From contig JASCQW010000043.1 of assembly GCA_030264375.1 (NCBI GenBank), positions 67,290,954 through 67,354,953 of the forward strand: DNA of 64,000 nt. Direction: 5' to 3'. The notes under the pieces were generated by a model, which searched no databases, was not told the DNA's origin, and worked only from the letters and a program-made list of their open reading frames with translations. The translations under genes and the position numbers were made by a program. Shown one piece after another: positions 50,902 to 64,000 of the stretch. Each line of letters begins with the position of its first letter. The stretch's first letter is position 1. This stretch comes from Carcharhinus longimanus. Taxonomy: Eukaryota.

Positions 50902-51200
50902 GGGTGGCATGGTGACACAATGGTTAGCACTGCTGCCTCGCAGTGCCAGGGACCCAGGTTCGATTCCCAGCTTGGGTCACTGTTCTGTGTTGAGTCTGCA
51001 TAGTCTCCCTGTGTCTGCGTGGGTTTCCTCTGGTTTCTGCCCACGGTCTGAAAGACGTGCTGGTTAGGTACATTAGCTATGCTAATTTCTCCCTCAGAGT
51101 ACCCGAACAGGTGCCAGAGTGTGGCGACTACGGGTTTTTCATAATAACTTCATTGCAGTGTTAATATAAGCTTACTTGGGACACAAATAAATAAGATTTG
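50902..51200 (+). mobile_element. HE1-headed V-SINE with alternative tail
   Basis: Same tail as 42697-43040. Confidence 0.88.
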
Positions 51201-52599
51201 ATTTTCAACACTTGAGGTAATGAAAACAAAGAGAGGCTGGCTGAACATGGAGACTGAACTGAGATCTATCTTAGAGACAGACATCACCTCACTGGTCGCT
51301 CATCAAAAACAGCATCATTCTTTCCATTATTTCTAATCAGTTTTTGCAGTTGTAAATGGGGATCTTTTGCCCTAAGTGGTTCATGGATGAAAACATTTTA
51401 GAACCACTGCTGTAGATGGAGTTGCACTGGATTCAATAGATAAGTCACCATAGGTTACCATTATCAAATTCTGGCCTTCACCGCAGGTACAAGTCAGAAT
51501 TAAAGGATGTCAAAAGTCACAGGAAAATAAATGAAGGAAGGCAGCAAATTGTAAGGCAAAGGGAATTGATAGCTTTTAAGGATTTTTTGCCAAGGAAAGT
51601 GGATTGAAATGTTTGTCAGAAGTAAAGACTCAACAGGTTGGTAAGTTAAAAAGTTAGGGATTTGCACATTAAGAGAAGTCAAGAAAAATTACTGTAAGAA
51701 ATAAGACTGAAGTTAGTTATAATGAAGCATAGCTAGTGATGGTAGAAGTCTAAACAGGGATGAACAATAATGAAAAAAAAAATACAGAGAGAAGCTGAAC
51801 AATAATATTGAAATTTGCCAGATTTGTAAAAGGATGTAGTAAGGTGTACTTCTGGGTTTGATAATTGAGCTGAATTCACTAAGAAAATAGAGGATGTGAA
51901 AAAATGACTAATAAGGACACCATTTTTGTAAGTAATTGGACTGCTTGCTGAACAAAAGGAAATGGTTTGGAAAAGAAAGGCTACATTTTAATTGAGCAGA
52001 AACCATGAGACTAATGAGGAAAAGAGAACAATCATAACACATTTATCCTGGATGATAAGTTAGTGGTTAAATGAAGGCAGACTGAAGCAAGGGTCCCACA
52101 TGAGTCTATGAAAATAGCGGATGATAGCTAACAGATTAATAAGAATTTATTAACTCATAATCTAGCCTCCAGAAAGTCAGACAGTGAGGGCACAAAAATG
52201 AATAAGGTGATTACATAGGAACATTAGAATTGTAACAAAATGTTCAAATTAAATACCTGAAAAATAAAGGATGGAGAAAGGGTGCAGGAGTGAGATTAAT
52301 TGGATAGCTCCACCAAATTGCTAGCGTGGTCATGATGTGCCAAACCATTTTGAGCTGTATCAATCTATAATTCTGATTCTATGATACCAGAGCTGTTGTA
52401 GCAGTAGCAAAAATTAATTGGTAGGAATTACTGAAACATTGTATATTCCAAAAGATAGAGGCAAATTCAACAGCATGGATAACAGATGCTCAAGAACAGT
52501 ATTAGCGTGGAAAGATCTCTCAAGGTGCTTCAAAGGTACAAAGAAAACCAAGCTAATGAGAGCAAAATTGGAGATAGTAATGAAAAACTTGGTCAAATG

Positions 52600-52920
52600 G
52601 GCACTTTATTGAGATGGTCTTGGGTGAGAGGGGTTTAAGGAAGATATTCCTGAGAATGAGGTGTAGATAAGTAAAGGTGTAGCTATAACTCGTGGGGAAA
52701 GGGGAGGTGATGCATAAGAGGTCAGAGCAAGTGGAGTGGAAGGACCTGGGAGGTTATAGAGCTGAAAATCTTTATGGAGATAAGAAAAGGCACACAGCCA
52801 TAGAGGAATTTAAAAATAAGGAAAAGAAATATACATTTAAATTGAAAATGCTGACAGACTGGGTCAGCACTGAAGTACTGCTTTAGACTACATTAAAGTG
52901 CTTAAATTGGAGCTTAGGGA
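52600..52920 (-). mobile_element. L2 3' fragment
   Basis: Antisense L2 3' region GAGAGGGGTTTAAGGAAG..GCCATAGAGGAATTTAAAAATAAGG. Confidence 0.55.
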
Positions 52921-54194
52921 AGAAACTGCTTGGAGACCCAAGGCCGCAAAATCCCACCCAAGGTCAACAGACCTTCCCATTGTCCGCCTCTCGCCTGTTC
53001 TGATTCCCATGGCATTCAAGGCAGTATACTACTGGTGCAGGAGTTCAAAACTTGCTTGATGGGGTGATTTTATGAAAACAATCAAGAGTGACGTAACAGG
53101 GGAAACAGGACAGGAAATCAGCACAAGAAGAGTGACAGCCTTGGTAAGAAAGACCTGGGGGGTATTTCTAATGCCTAGTCTTTAAGGTAAAAGTTGGTCT
53201 TTAGTTTAGATTAAGTAGAGTTTAAAGCATAAGAAGTTATATCTCTTAGAAGAAGTAAAGGTAGTAATTTAAGGCTAAGTCATGACAAGGCAGCTCAGCC
53301 ATATTGAATGCTCCTTCTGTGTGATGCAGAAAGTCAGGGTCTTTTCTAGTGTCCAGGGCAATTACATATGCAGGAAGCATCTCCAGCTGCAGCTACTCAA
53401 AATCCACATTTTGGATCCACAGCTGTGGCTAGAGTGCATCTGCCAGGCTGAGGTCTTTGTGAATAGCACATAAAGTGAGGTGGTCACACCACATGCAAAG
53501 AGTGCAAAGGCAGAAAGGGAACAGGTGACTGCCAGGCAGATTAGATAGTAGGCCAGTATTACAGGAGTCCCCTGAGTCCATCTCATTCTCTAACAGGTTT
53601 TCGACTTTTAGTACTGCTGGGAATGATAGTTTCTCAGGGGACTGCAGCAAAAGCCAAATCTATAGCACCGCGAATGGCTCAGCTGCAGACATGACACCAG
53701 ATGATATATTGCCTCTCTGGTGCCAGGGTTAAGGATATCACTGAGCAGCTGCAAGACATTCTGAAGAGTGAGGGTGAATAACCAGAGGCTGTGGTCCATA
53801 TTGGGACAACGGGCTTGGTAAAAAGAAAGATGAGGTCCTACAAGCAAAACACAAGTAGCTAGGAAAAGAATTATAAAGCAAGACCTCAAAGGTAGTAATC
53901 TCAGGATTACGCCCACATGCTAGCAAGATCAGGAATAGGAAAAACAGACGAGATGAATGTCTGACTGGAGAGATGACGTAGGTGACTGGGATTTAGATTC
54001 CTGAGGAATTGGGAACGGGAAGATGGAGCCTGTATAAGTTGGACAGGTTGCACTCCAGCAAAAGGGGGACCAATATCCTCACAAGGATATTCACTAGTGC
54101 AGTAGGAGAGTTTAAACTGCAGTGGCAAGTAGATGGGAACCTGAGCAAGGCAACAAAGATGGAAACAAAGTTAGAAAAATAAACCTACAAATAA

Positions 54195-54479
54195 GGGCAA
54201 CATGGACAGCACAATGGTTAGCACTGCTGCCTCACAGACTAGGGACCAGGTTCAATTGCGGCTTTGGGTGGCTGTATGGGGTTTGCACATTCTCCCTGTG
54301 GCTGCATGGGTCTCCTCCTACAGTCCAAAGATGTTCAGGTTAGTTTGATTGGACATGCTAAATTACTTGTTAGTGTCTCAAGATATAAAGGTTAGTGGGG
54401 TAAATACATGGGGTTATAGGGCAAGACTGGGCAAGAATTGATGCAGACTCAATGGGCTGCAAGGTAAGGATTCTATGAT
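54195..54479 (+). mobile_element. HE1 SINE nested in CR1
   Basis: HE1 head and GGATTCTATGAT tail. Confidence 0.85.
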
Positions 54480-56396
54480 AAAAAGCAAAAGTGGAAGGCA
54501 GAGGAAATAAAGGCTAGCAGCAAAGAGGACCATAGTATAAAAATGTTTAAAAGACAAATCTAAATGTGCTATATCTGAATGCACGAAGCATTCACAGTAA
54601 GGTAGATGAATTAACAGCATTAATAGATGTAAATGGATACACTAGGATTGTGGTAACAAAGACATGACTGGGGAGTGAATATCCATGCGTATGCAATAAT
54701 TAGGAAGGGAAAGTCAAAAAGGAAAAGGAAGTGAGGTGTATTGTTAATAAAGGATTAAATCAGTGTAATAATGGGAAAGAATACCGACTGGGAAAATCAC
54801 AATATAGAAACAGTCTGGGTGGAGCTAAGAAACAATAAGGGGAGGAAAACATTAGTGCAAATTGCCTATTGGCCTCTGAACAGTAGTGGTAAGGTAGGGG
54901 ACAACATTAAACAATAAATTAGAGATGCATGTAGCAATAATCATGGGTGACTTTGATCTACATATCGACCAGGCAAATCAAATTAGCAATAGTACGGTGG
55001 ATGAATTCCTGGAATGTTTACACGATGATTTTTTAAACGAGTACACTGAGGAACCACCAAGGAAAAGGCTATCCTTGATTTTGTATTATGCAATGAGAAA
55101 AGGTTAAATAATAATCTTGTTGTGTGGGGTCCTTTAGGGAAGAGTGACCATAATGTGCTGGAATTCTTCATTAGGATGGAAAGTGAAACTAGAAGACTAG
55201 GGTCCTAAATCTAACAAAGGAAATTACAAAGCTATGAGAGGTGAGTTGGCTACAATAGATCAGGGAATTCGTTAAAAGGCATGATGGTGAATAGGCAGAG
55301 GCTAATATTTAAAGAATAATTTCATGCATTGCAACAGTTATATATTCCTTTCTGGCACAAAACCACAACAGGAGAAGTGGCCCAATCATGACTAACAAAA
55401 GAAATTAAGGATAATACTAAAGAGAGGTCATATCAAATTGCTAGAATAGGTAGCAAGCTCAAGGAGTGGGAACAAATCAGAATTCAGCAAAGAAGGACCA
55501 AGAGATTGTTAAGAGGGAAAGAAAATATGAGAGTAAACATACAATGAACATAGAAATCAGTTATAAAAGTTTCTATAAGTATGTAAAAGAAAATAAAAGT
55601 GAGGACAAATGTAGGTCCCTTATAGTACAAAACGGGAGAATTCATAATGGAAACAAGGAAATGCCAGAGCAATTAAACAACTACTTTAGTTCTGCCTTAA
55701 AGGAACAAGACAACAAATAATTCCCCAGAAATACTCAGGAACCAAGGATCTCGTGAGAAGGTGGAATTGAAGAAAATTAGTATTGGTAAAAAATTAGTGC
55801 TCGAGAAATTAACAGGACTAAAAGTTGATAAATCCACAGGGCCTGATAACCTACATCCCATGGAACTAAAGGAGGTGGCCATGGAAATATTGGATGTGCT
55901 GCCTGTCACCTTCCAAAATTCTGTAGATTTTGGAACAGTCTGAGCAGATTGGTTGGCAACAAATGTAATCCTACTATTTAAAAAAGGAAGGAGGGAAAAT
56001 AACAAGGAACTACTGTGCAGTTAGTCAACATCAGCCATAGGGAAAATGCTGGACTTTATTATGAAGGATGTAATAACAGGACACTTAGATAACATCAACA
56101 GAAATGGACAAAGTCAACATGGATTTATGGAAGGGAAATCATGGTTGACAAACCTACTAGGGTTTTTTGAGGACGTAACAAGTGGAATAAATAAGGGTGA
56201 ACCAGTTAATATGGTGTATTTAGATATTCAGAAACTTTTTGACAAAATGCCATATAAGGGGTTAGCTTGCAAAATTAAAGCACATGGGATTCGGGGTAAG
56301 ATATTGGCACGGGTTGAGAATTGAACTAGCAGACAGGAAACTAAGTACAAATAAATCAGTCATTTTTTTAAGTGGTAGACAGTGACAAGAGGGTAC

Positions 56397-56909
56397 AAAG
56401 AACAACCCAGCATGGGAAACAGGCCCTTTGGCCCAACAAGCCCGCGCCGCCACATCTTCCTACACCTACCCTGCCCTGTGTGTATGTGAGTGGAACCCCT
56501 AATGTAGCCAGATTCAGGGGAGAATAGTGNNNNNNNNNNNNNNNNNNNNNNNNNNNNNNNNNNNNNNNNNNNNNNNNNNNNNNNNNNNNNNNNNNNNNNN
56601 NNNNNNNNNNNNNNNNNNNNNNNNNNNNNATGTGGCACCTAACACAGCTTATGTTCCTCCCCATAGCCCCTGCCATGTCCCAACCTCCCTTGGGTTTGTA
56701 TGTGTCGAAACGCAACCCGGGAAAGATAGAAACTGCAACTCACCTTCTCTAAGCCTGCTCTCGCCTAAGCCCAGTGAGCCAAAGCCCTTATAACTCTCAC
56801 TCAGCTCCCCACTCACTCTGCTGCCCGCTCCCGACACTGCCCGCTGTCTATCACTACCTTCTTTTTATAACCCCCGCTCTCCCTTCCCGACTATCCCCTC
56901 ACCTAACTT
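56397..56909 (-). mobile_element. Young, probably full-length CR1 nested in CR1 (body collapsed to gap)
   Basis: 5'UTR and ORF1 start MAGAMGRNISCVRCH on one side of the gap; 3' tail matching 32263-32339 on the other; splits the host GGGTAC|CAGGGATCAGTGCTTGG motif. Confidence 0.8.
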
Positions 56910-57529
56910 CAGGGATCAGTGCTTGGTTCGCAACTACTCACTATATATATATATATATATATAGAGGGAACTAAACATAATATTTCCAAGTTTGCTGATA
57001 ACACAAAACTAGGTAGGAATGTGAGTGATGAGGAGGATGTAAAAAAGCTTCAAGACAATTCAGACAAGTTGATTGAGTGGACAAACACAAGGCAGATGCT
57101 GTGCAACACGGACAATTGTGAAGCTTGCACTTCAGTTGGTAAAACAGAATGGCAGAACATTATCTAAATGGTGATAGATTGAAAAATGATGTACGAAGGG
57201 TTCTGGATATCCTTGTGCACAAGTCAGTGAAAGAACGCGTGCTGTGCAACAAATAATTAGGAAGATATACAGTATGTTGGCCTTCATTGTAAGAGGATTT
57301 GACTATAGGTGCAAATATGTCTTACTGCAGCTGTACAGGGCCTTGATGAGACCACACCTGAAGTATTGTGTAGTTTTGATCTCTTTATCTAAGAAATGAT
57401 ATACTTGCCACAGAGGGAGTTCAGGAAAGGCTCACCAAACTGATTCCTGGGATGGTAGTATTGTGTATGAGGAGAGATTGGGGAGAGTGGATTTGTGAAG
57501 ACTGAAATTTAGAAGAATGAAAAGCGATA

Positions 57530-57775
57530 GGGTTGTGAGTCTGTGGAATTCCCTGTTCAATGAAGCAGTTGAGGCTATCTCATTGAATGTTTTTAAGGCA
57601 AGGATACTTAAATTTTTGAACAGTAAAGGAATTAAGAGTTAGGAAGTAGGAATTAGAGTGAGCAGTTGGGTAAGTGGAGCTGAGTCCACGATAAGATCAG
57701 CCATGGTCTTATTGAATGATGGAGTAGGCTCAAGAGGCCAGATGACCTACTCCTGTTTCTAGTTCTTATGTTATT
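57530..57775 (+). mobile_element. Additional CR1 3' fragment nested in CR1
   Basis: A 3'UTR and tail occur before the host ORF2 resumes at ~57780 (ATTGAAACATAAAATTCTG). Confidence 0.7.
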
Positions 57776-58644
57776 TTGATATCATTGAAACATAAAATTC
57801 TGACAGGCTGGACATATTAGATTGAAGAATGATATTCTCCCTGACTGGGGATCTAAAACAAGGGGTCACAGTTGCAGGATATGCAGAAGGCAATTTAGGC
57901 TTGAGATAGGCTCAGACAGTAGGAATAAATGCAATGTTAAAAATGGGGCTGATTGAGCAGCTGCAGAGAAGGGACTTTCCCCCTGCACCACCCAATGTCA
58001 GTCAAAAGATTAAACGGGGTCTTCTCATAATGCAGCTTCTGAGAGAGAAAGGGGAGCCCGTTCTCCTGAATGGAGTACTTCTGGGACTTGGAAGCCTGCC
58101 AGGTATCCAGGGGGCATGGCGTTCAAAGTGACCAGCCCATTCTAAAGTTTTCAGTCCATAGACCAGAATTAAAACTTTTGATCAGAGAGATCCCAGAAAT
58201 CATCATACCAACAATGATGTTCAGGTTTACCCAGGCTAGAAGGGGCCAGCCATGAGATACTCGCATCCCAGGGAAGAATCCCTAGCTCAACCTCTTGCCC
58301 TCATACCACCGTGGTGTTGAAGGGTGGGGGGGGTTGATCTACTCTTTTTATAGTGGGGGAAGATTTTCCTCTGTGCTGACGGGTTGGAAATGCTCCTCTT
58401 GTCAGTAGGGGTCACGGTTCCTATTGAAAGGGGTGGGGGATAATGTGACCTCTCAGTGACTGCAGAGATCGAGGTGCCCTTCCAATCTCTGAACTGTCAG
58501 TCTAGCCGGCATTCCTCCCACAATGCATAAATTTGCATCACTCAAGTAGGAGAGGCTTACCTGGGAGATGCTACTAACACCAGCAGGAGATACTCCCATT
58601 TCCCTGCTGGCGAAGGGACTTGGAGTCCCATTCAGAGAATCAGA

Positions 58645-58940
58645 TGAGATATTGAACCAAGACCTTTTCTGTGTTCTTAAGTGAATATAAAGGATCCATG
58701 GCGCTGTTTTGAAGAAAAGCAGGGGGTTTATTCAAACATTGCAGCTAATAATTATCTCTCAATCAATAACACTAAATATTCATTGTCTGGTTATCATCAT
58801 CATATTGCAATTTGTGAGGATTTCCATGCACTAATTGACTGCCATCTTTCCTACATTACAACAATATACTTCAAAAGTACTTAACTAACTGTAAAGTACT
58901 TTGTGATATCCTGAGTTGGTGAAAGGCAATTTATAATCAT
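58645..58940 (+). mobile_element. Deu-domain SINE 3' half
   Basis: AAGGATCCATGGCGCTGTTTTGAAGAAAAGCAGGGG and L2-like tail. Confidence 0.75.
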
Positions 58941-58949
58941 TTCCATTAT

Positions 58950-59420
58950 TTCCAAGGTTTTGGACAGGTTAGGATATGAGCAGGATTTTAGATAAGCTAG
59001 AGGTGTTTTTGAAGATTTTGCAGGGGCTGGGGGTGGTGAGTTGAAGATAGAAGGCTGTACCAAAGTCTGGCAATGAAAAAAAACCAGATGTGATGGCTTC
59101 CATCATGGAGATGGAAGAGAGAGGAAACAGTGAGAGATATGGGGACCTATGGAAGATAAGCAGGGACAGGGAGGAAAGGAAGAACTAGGGATTGGGGTTT
59201 GGAAGCAGATATAAAAGTGAAAGCAAGCTGAAGGATGGAGGCTCTGGAGAAATGGAGGAATTAAGATTGGTGCAGGAGCTTAAACAGGAAAGAAGTTGGG
59301 GGAAATTGGGGGAGCTTGAGGGAAAGTGGAAGCAACTGGGGAAATAGGCTTGGTAATGTGGAACTGAGAAGAAAATAAAATGGGGGTTAAGGACGGAGTT
59401 TAGGTGAGAGTGATTTCAGT
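58950..59420 (-). mobile_element. L2 RT-region fragment
   Basis: Purine-rich antisense L2 pattern resembling 8190-8700. Confidence 0.5.
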
Positions 59421-59559
59421 TAATAGCGTTTGCAAGTGTTCGATTGGTGTCACAAGTCTATTATATTTGTGGTATTAATAAACAGCAATTTCAGGTGCAC
59501 ATCAACATTAAAAAGTAACAACAGAAATCTGAAGTGAAAGGAGCAAGCAGAATATCGAG

Positions 59560-61720
59560 ATTGCTCAAGTAAGGAAATGACAGATCGTCAGCTCAACAGA
59601 GTCCCATTTTGACAGAGTGTTTATTTAACTCGGGGAATTTGGCAAGTGAAGGAATTCAGCACAGTGTGGGTTTAGGTACTGTTCTGTAAGTAGATGATTA
59701 ATTGGTGAGTTTTAAGGTTTCTTCATTTCTCTAAACTAGGACAGGAGTTTAAACCAGGACCAGGGAAGTACAAGAACTGTATTAATTCATGGCTTAAATA
59801 TTTAAACTACTTTATACAATTACAAATAAGTATTTGTAATTGTATGTAGTTTAAATATTTAAGACTTTAAAACTTTAAATATTTAAGACTTTAATTCATC
59901 AAATAAATAAAATAAGATTGGTTTATGAGATGGCAGAATAGATTACGTATCTGCACTGCAGTATGTGATAGCTTGCAGATGCCAAGAGTCATGAGCAAAC
60001 AGGTCTGCGGAAGGTGCCTCCATCTCAAAATCTCCTGACTACTCTGATCTTAATTGGATAGGAGATTGGTAAAAACAATAAGGGAATACAGTTCCCACAA
60101 TGTGTGCTGGATGTCTTTCTAACCCAATATGTAAAAATTCCATCCAAGGGTAGGTTCACCATTAAGTCAAGCAATAGGAGATGAAACAGAGCAGATACAA
60201 GTAAAGGTAAGGGGACATGTAGACAATAATGACCCTAATACAATACTTTGAAAATGATGATAAATAAGTATGTAAGTATGATGAAAGGCAGGCTAAAAGA
60301 CTGGAACAAGGTTGATTTCAAGTGATTTGAAAATGGGACTGAGAAATTAGAATATTGGCAAAAAGATAATTTAGATCAACAATGGAAACATTTATAATAA
60401 TGTTCACCAGAAAAATATATTCCACTAACAACTGAGCACTGCTGTCCAAAATTACAGGAAGACATTAATAGACCTACAGAATTTGCAAATAATTGGCAAA
60501 TAAAATTTAACAGGTTAATATGAGGTAGTAAATTTTAGTAGAATGGTAAAAAAGGGCAGATCTAAAAGAAACAGTATAAATGTAATGAGTTAGAGCAGGA
60601 GAACATAGGAAAGGATAAACTAAGGTAGGACATTAATGGCAAGGGAATACATAGGATTATAGAACACGAGTCTAAAATTAGGTTAAATACATAGTGAGCA
60701 GAAATTCTATTATTTGGAAAGTGCAAGTCTAGGTAGGGTAAAAGAATGAAGAGATTTTGGAGTATAAGAACCATAGAAACCCTACAGGACAGAAGGGTGC
60801 TGTTTGACCCATTGAGATTGCCCCGATTGTCCGAAAGAGCATCTTACTCAGGCCCAAGCCCCCAGCCTGTCCCTGTAACCCCATGCTTTTACCATGGCTA
60901 ATCCACGATACTGCACATCTTTGGACATTAAGGTGCAATTTAGCATGGCCAATCAACCCAAGCTGCACATCTTTGGACTGTGCAAGGAAACCAGAGCACA
61001 CAGAGGAAATCCACTTANNNNNNNNNNNNNNNNNNNNNNNACACAAACAATCACCCAAGACTGGAATCCAACCCACATCCTTGGTTTGTACCACAGGCTA
61101 GCAAAACCATATAAAACAAGCCAAGCAAGCACCAGGAATAGAACTGAAAAGTAAGCAAGTTGTGCTAAATCCATATCAAACCTTAATTATACCATATCTG
61201 GGAGTACTGCATGTAGTTCCACTCACCAAATTATAAAAACAATGTAGTGGGAGTACAGAGGGTACAGAGAAGATTTACAACATTCATACTAGAAATTTGT
61301 GTGTATACTTATCAGGAAAGAATTGGCAGGCTGGAACTCTTCTTGAAAAAGAAGAACTGATGGGTCTCCTAATAAAGATGTTTATAGTTCTGAAACGTAC
61401 AAATAAAATGGATTCAAAGACTGGGGGAAGGTCACAAGTAGAAGCCACTGTCCTAAGATAGAATTTTTTGTGACTATTAGGAATTCAAAGAAAACTCTTT
61501 CCCCAGTGAGTGGTGAGAACGTGGAACTCGCTGCCACAGAGAAAGGTTGAAGCAAAAAATTGCATTTAAGAGGAAGCTAGAAATGCCTACGCATGAAAAG
61601 AGATGGTCACAATGTTAGATTTAGTTGGAAGAAAGATGGGAGGTGACTCGGGGGGGAACATAAACATGGATATGGACTTGATGGACCAAAATGGCCTTTT
61701 TCTGCTCAATATGTATAGTA
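59560..61720 (+). mobile_element. Fragmentary, highly decayed CR1 (ORF1 zinc finger ~59930, ORF2 pieces, 3' end)
   Basis: LHCSM..VCGRCLHL; NWQIKFN; HLGVLHVVPLT-like region near 61200; tail GGACCAAAATGGCCTTTTTCTG. Confidence 0.65.
60765..61095 (-). mobile_element. HE1 SINE (5' degraded)
   Basis: Antisense tail AGAACCATAGAAACCCTACAG and V-domain. Confidence 0.8.
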
Positions 61721-63233
61721 CTACACTAATTGGATTTTACATTTGATATAAAACAACTCCAGAGAAAAATTGAAGTTTAGAAAATGTCTTCATAGTTCTC
61801 ATAAATAGTCAGGCCCTCCAATACCTTAATATAAAAACATGTTTATATTAAATTACTATTGCTCCCACTTCTTTTCATTATATTATTAGTTAACTGCCTA
61901 AAAACAGAGTTCTCTGCTTCAAACACAGATGTGCAGAAACATTTCTGGAATGGAGTAATTGCAAATTACAGTAAGCTGCAAACAGCAACATAACTGCAGT
62001 CTGCCAGCTAAACCTGACACCAGTGCAGATATCATTATCAGGCAAGGAGAAACATTCTTTTTTAAAAACACTATTCATCTCAGTTTTTCCCTTGGTTAGC
62101 TGAGAGCACAGCATCTATCATAGACTACTATAAAAAGTAAAGAAACGTGTCCACCTGTTCAGTCTCTAAATGGATCAATTATTCAGCAACTGTGACAATC
62201 AACAACCATGGTCTCTTGGGACACTTGTCTGATATTAGCAGACTGCAGCTACTTTCCCAGAAATACCTGCCAAATTGTACAAAGGAGACCTTCAACAAAT
62301 TATCTTCCTAAAGATAAGAAGCAAAATAACAAATGCTGACAAGCTGAAATGTAAAAGCAGTAGTTGTTTGAAAGGCATGTCAATCAGCTTCTGAAGATGT
62401 AAAACAAAAGATTGTTATATGGGTGAAACTTTTATTTTATCAAATACTGGGGTGGGACAAACAACACAATTATACATGCCTAATAATTTTTGCAGATGAT
62501 CTGAAATGTGAAAACCCTGAACTACAATTTTCTGCTTTTGGAATTATTTCAAGTTTTGGCAAAGGTACAGACTCATCCATATTTAGTGACTAAATATTGC
62601 TTTTTTAATAGAATGATAACAACACAAGGCGGCCATTCAGTCACTAAGCACCTATTTAAGAGTTACACAATTTGTTCCATTCCCCTACTGTTTCTTCACG
62701 CTCCTGCAACTGTTTTCCAACAAATGCTAAAGATTAATATTGGTTCTGCTTTTACAGGCACAATCATGACTAAATTCATTAATGCCTGAAATAAAGCACA
62801 ACTTCAGTGTTCCAGAGAGATGCTGCACCAGTAGAGACTCAAGAACTGCGCTAAACTTCTCCTTGGCTTTATCATCATAATTCAGACAAGCTGTGAAAAC
62901 CATTCAGATACTCCAATGCCACTTATCTGTTGGGACATAACCAACTTTGGCTAACACCAAGCTGTGAAGTGGGCCAAAAGCAACTGCAAGGTATTTTGCC
63001 GAGCCAGGAGGAGCAGTCCTTTCCTTCTGACTCTACAAGAAGGACATTTCAGGGGAATCTGGGCCTCTTTTAATGCAATGTTCAAAGGTCCCTTTAGGAT
63101 CTGCTAGACAGTCCACTCAGAACCCAGAAATACTGGTCAAAAGTGTAGCCATCCAGATTGGAAATGGGCAGAAAAGAGTCATTTCAATATCGGAATCAGA
63201 ATTGGTAAAGAGCAAGGAAATGGAAGTAAGATA

Positions 63234-63730
63234 AAAGCAAAATACTGTGGATTCTGGAATCTGAAACAAAAACGGAAAATGCTGAACAATCTTGGCATAG
63301 TGGTTAGCACTGCTGCCTCAGGTCCAGGGACCCGGGTTCAATTCCGGCTTGGGTCACAATGTGTGTGGAGTCTGCACGTTCTCCCCGTGTTTGCGTGGGA
63401 TTCCTCCAGGTGCTCCGGTTTCTTCCCACAGTCCAAAGAACGTGCTGATTATGTGAATTGACCATGCTACATTCTCTCTCAGTGTACCCGAACAGGTGCC
63501 AGAGTGGCGAAAAGGGGATTTTCGTAATAATTTATTGCATTGTTAATGTAAGCCTACTTGTGATACTAATAAGTAAAACTAAAATAATAATGCCTGACAG
63601 CATCTGTGGAGAGACAATGGAGTCAGCATTGAATCAGAATGACCAAAATGACTCAAAATGTTGGCTCTATTCTCTCTGCACAGATTCTGCCATACCTGCT
63701 GAGATTTTCCAGCATTTTCTGTTTTTGTTG
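63234..63730. mobile_element. Penelope-like palindromic remnant interrupted by a V-SINE
   Basis: AAAGCAAAATACTGTGGATTCTGGAATCTGAAAC ... CAGCATCTGTGGAGAG ... CCTGCTGAGATTTTCCAGCATTTTCTG. Confidence 0.6.
63294..63590 (+). mobile_element. HE1-headed V-SINE with alternative tail
   Basis: Same tail as the 42697 and 50902 copies. Confidence 0.85.
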
Positions 63731-64000
63731 TGTGAAGATATTAGAACTGACTCACACCTAGAAGGAGTTTGTGCAGATGCAATGGGCCAAATAGTCTCCT
63801 TCTGGTGCTGTACTATTCAATGATTCCAGGGTCACCTAATAATAGTCTATTGCTAGTTTACCAGTGACTCAGCCACACATTCAAATTGGACACTGGCCCT
63901 TGCCCTTACACATTGGAAATCATTATGCTTGTTTCATGCTTAGATAACTAGTATAATATGTTGAATTTAGGCCCCAATAGCTCAATCCTATTTAATATGC

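Larger units (their letters stand above)
53080..57910 (+). mobile_element. Near full-length decayed CR1 LINE (ORF1 zinc finger and esterase, ORF2 APE and RT) with nested insertions
   Basis: ORF1 MTRQLSHIECSFCVM..YICRKHLQLQLL and CLSGARVKDITEQLQDIL; ORF2 IIMGDFDL, LKVDKSTGPDNLHPMELKE, SQHGFMEGKSWLTNLLGFFEDVT, ISKFADNTKL. Confidence 0.92.

Overview
Eukaryotic, repeat-rich, AT-rich DNA from a gapped draft assembly (many fixed 100-N gaps). The repeat complement (HE1/V-SINEs, Deu-domain SacSINE1-like SINEs, CR1/HER1 LINEs) indicates an elasmobranch, probably a shark. Most of the window is decayed, nested transposable elements: CR1, L2, RTE, a second CR1/Jockey-superfamily LINE, Rex1/Babar, Vingi, Gypsy LTR elements, Penelope-like hairpin remnants and PIF/Harbinger-like MITEs. 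Family names come from motif recognition, not a database search. There is no intact long ORF; the listed ORFs are TE fragments, N-gap artefacts or chance. The window looks mostly like intronic sequence of an unidentified minus-strand gene, with two phase-compatible candidate coding exons (20920-20843 and 3600-3524). A possible internal TATA promoter and micro first exon lies near 4588-4810, with its splice donor inside a perfect hairpin. The most unusual structure is a ~250 bp, ~86% identical inverted duplication (17515-17763 / 19497-19746) whose arms are a mosaic of three unrelated repeats. I cannot demonstrate a new biological system from the sequence alone; the candidates below are hypotheses.
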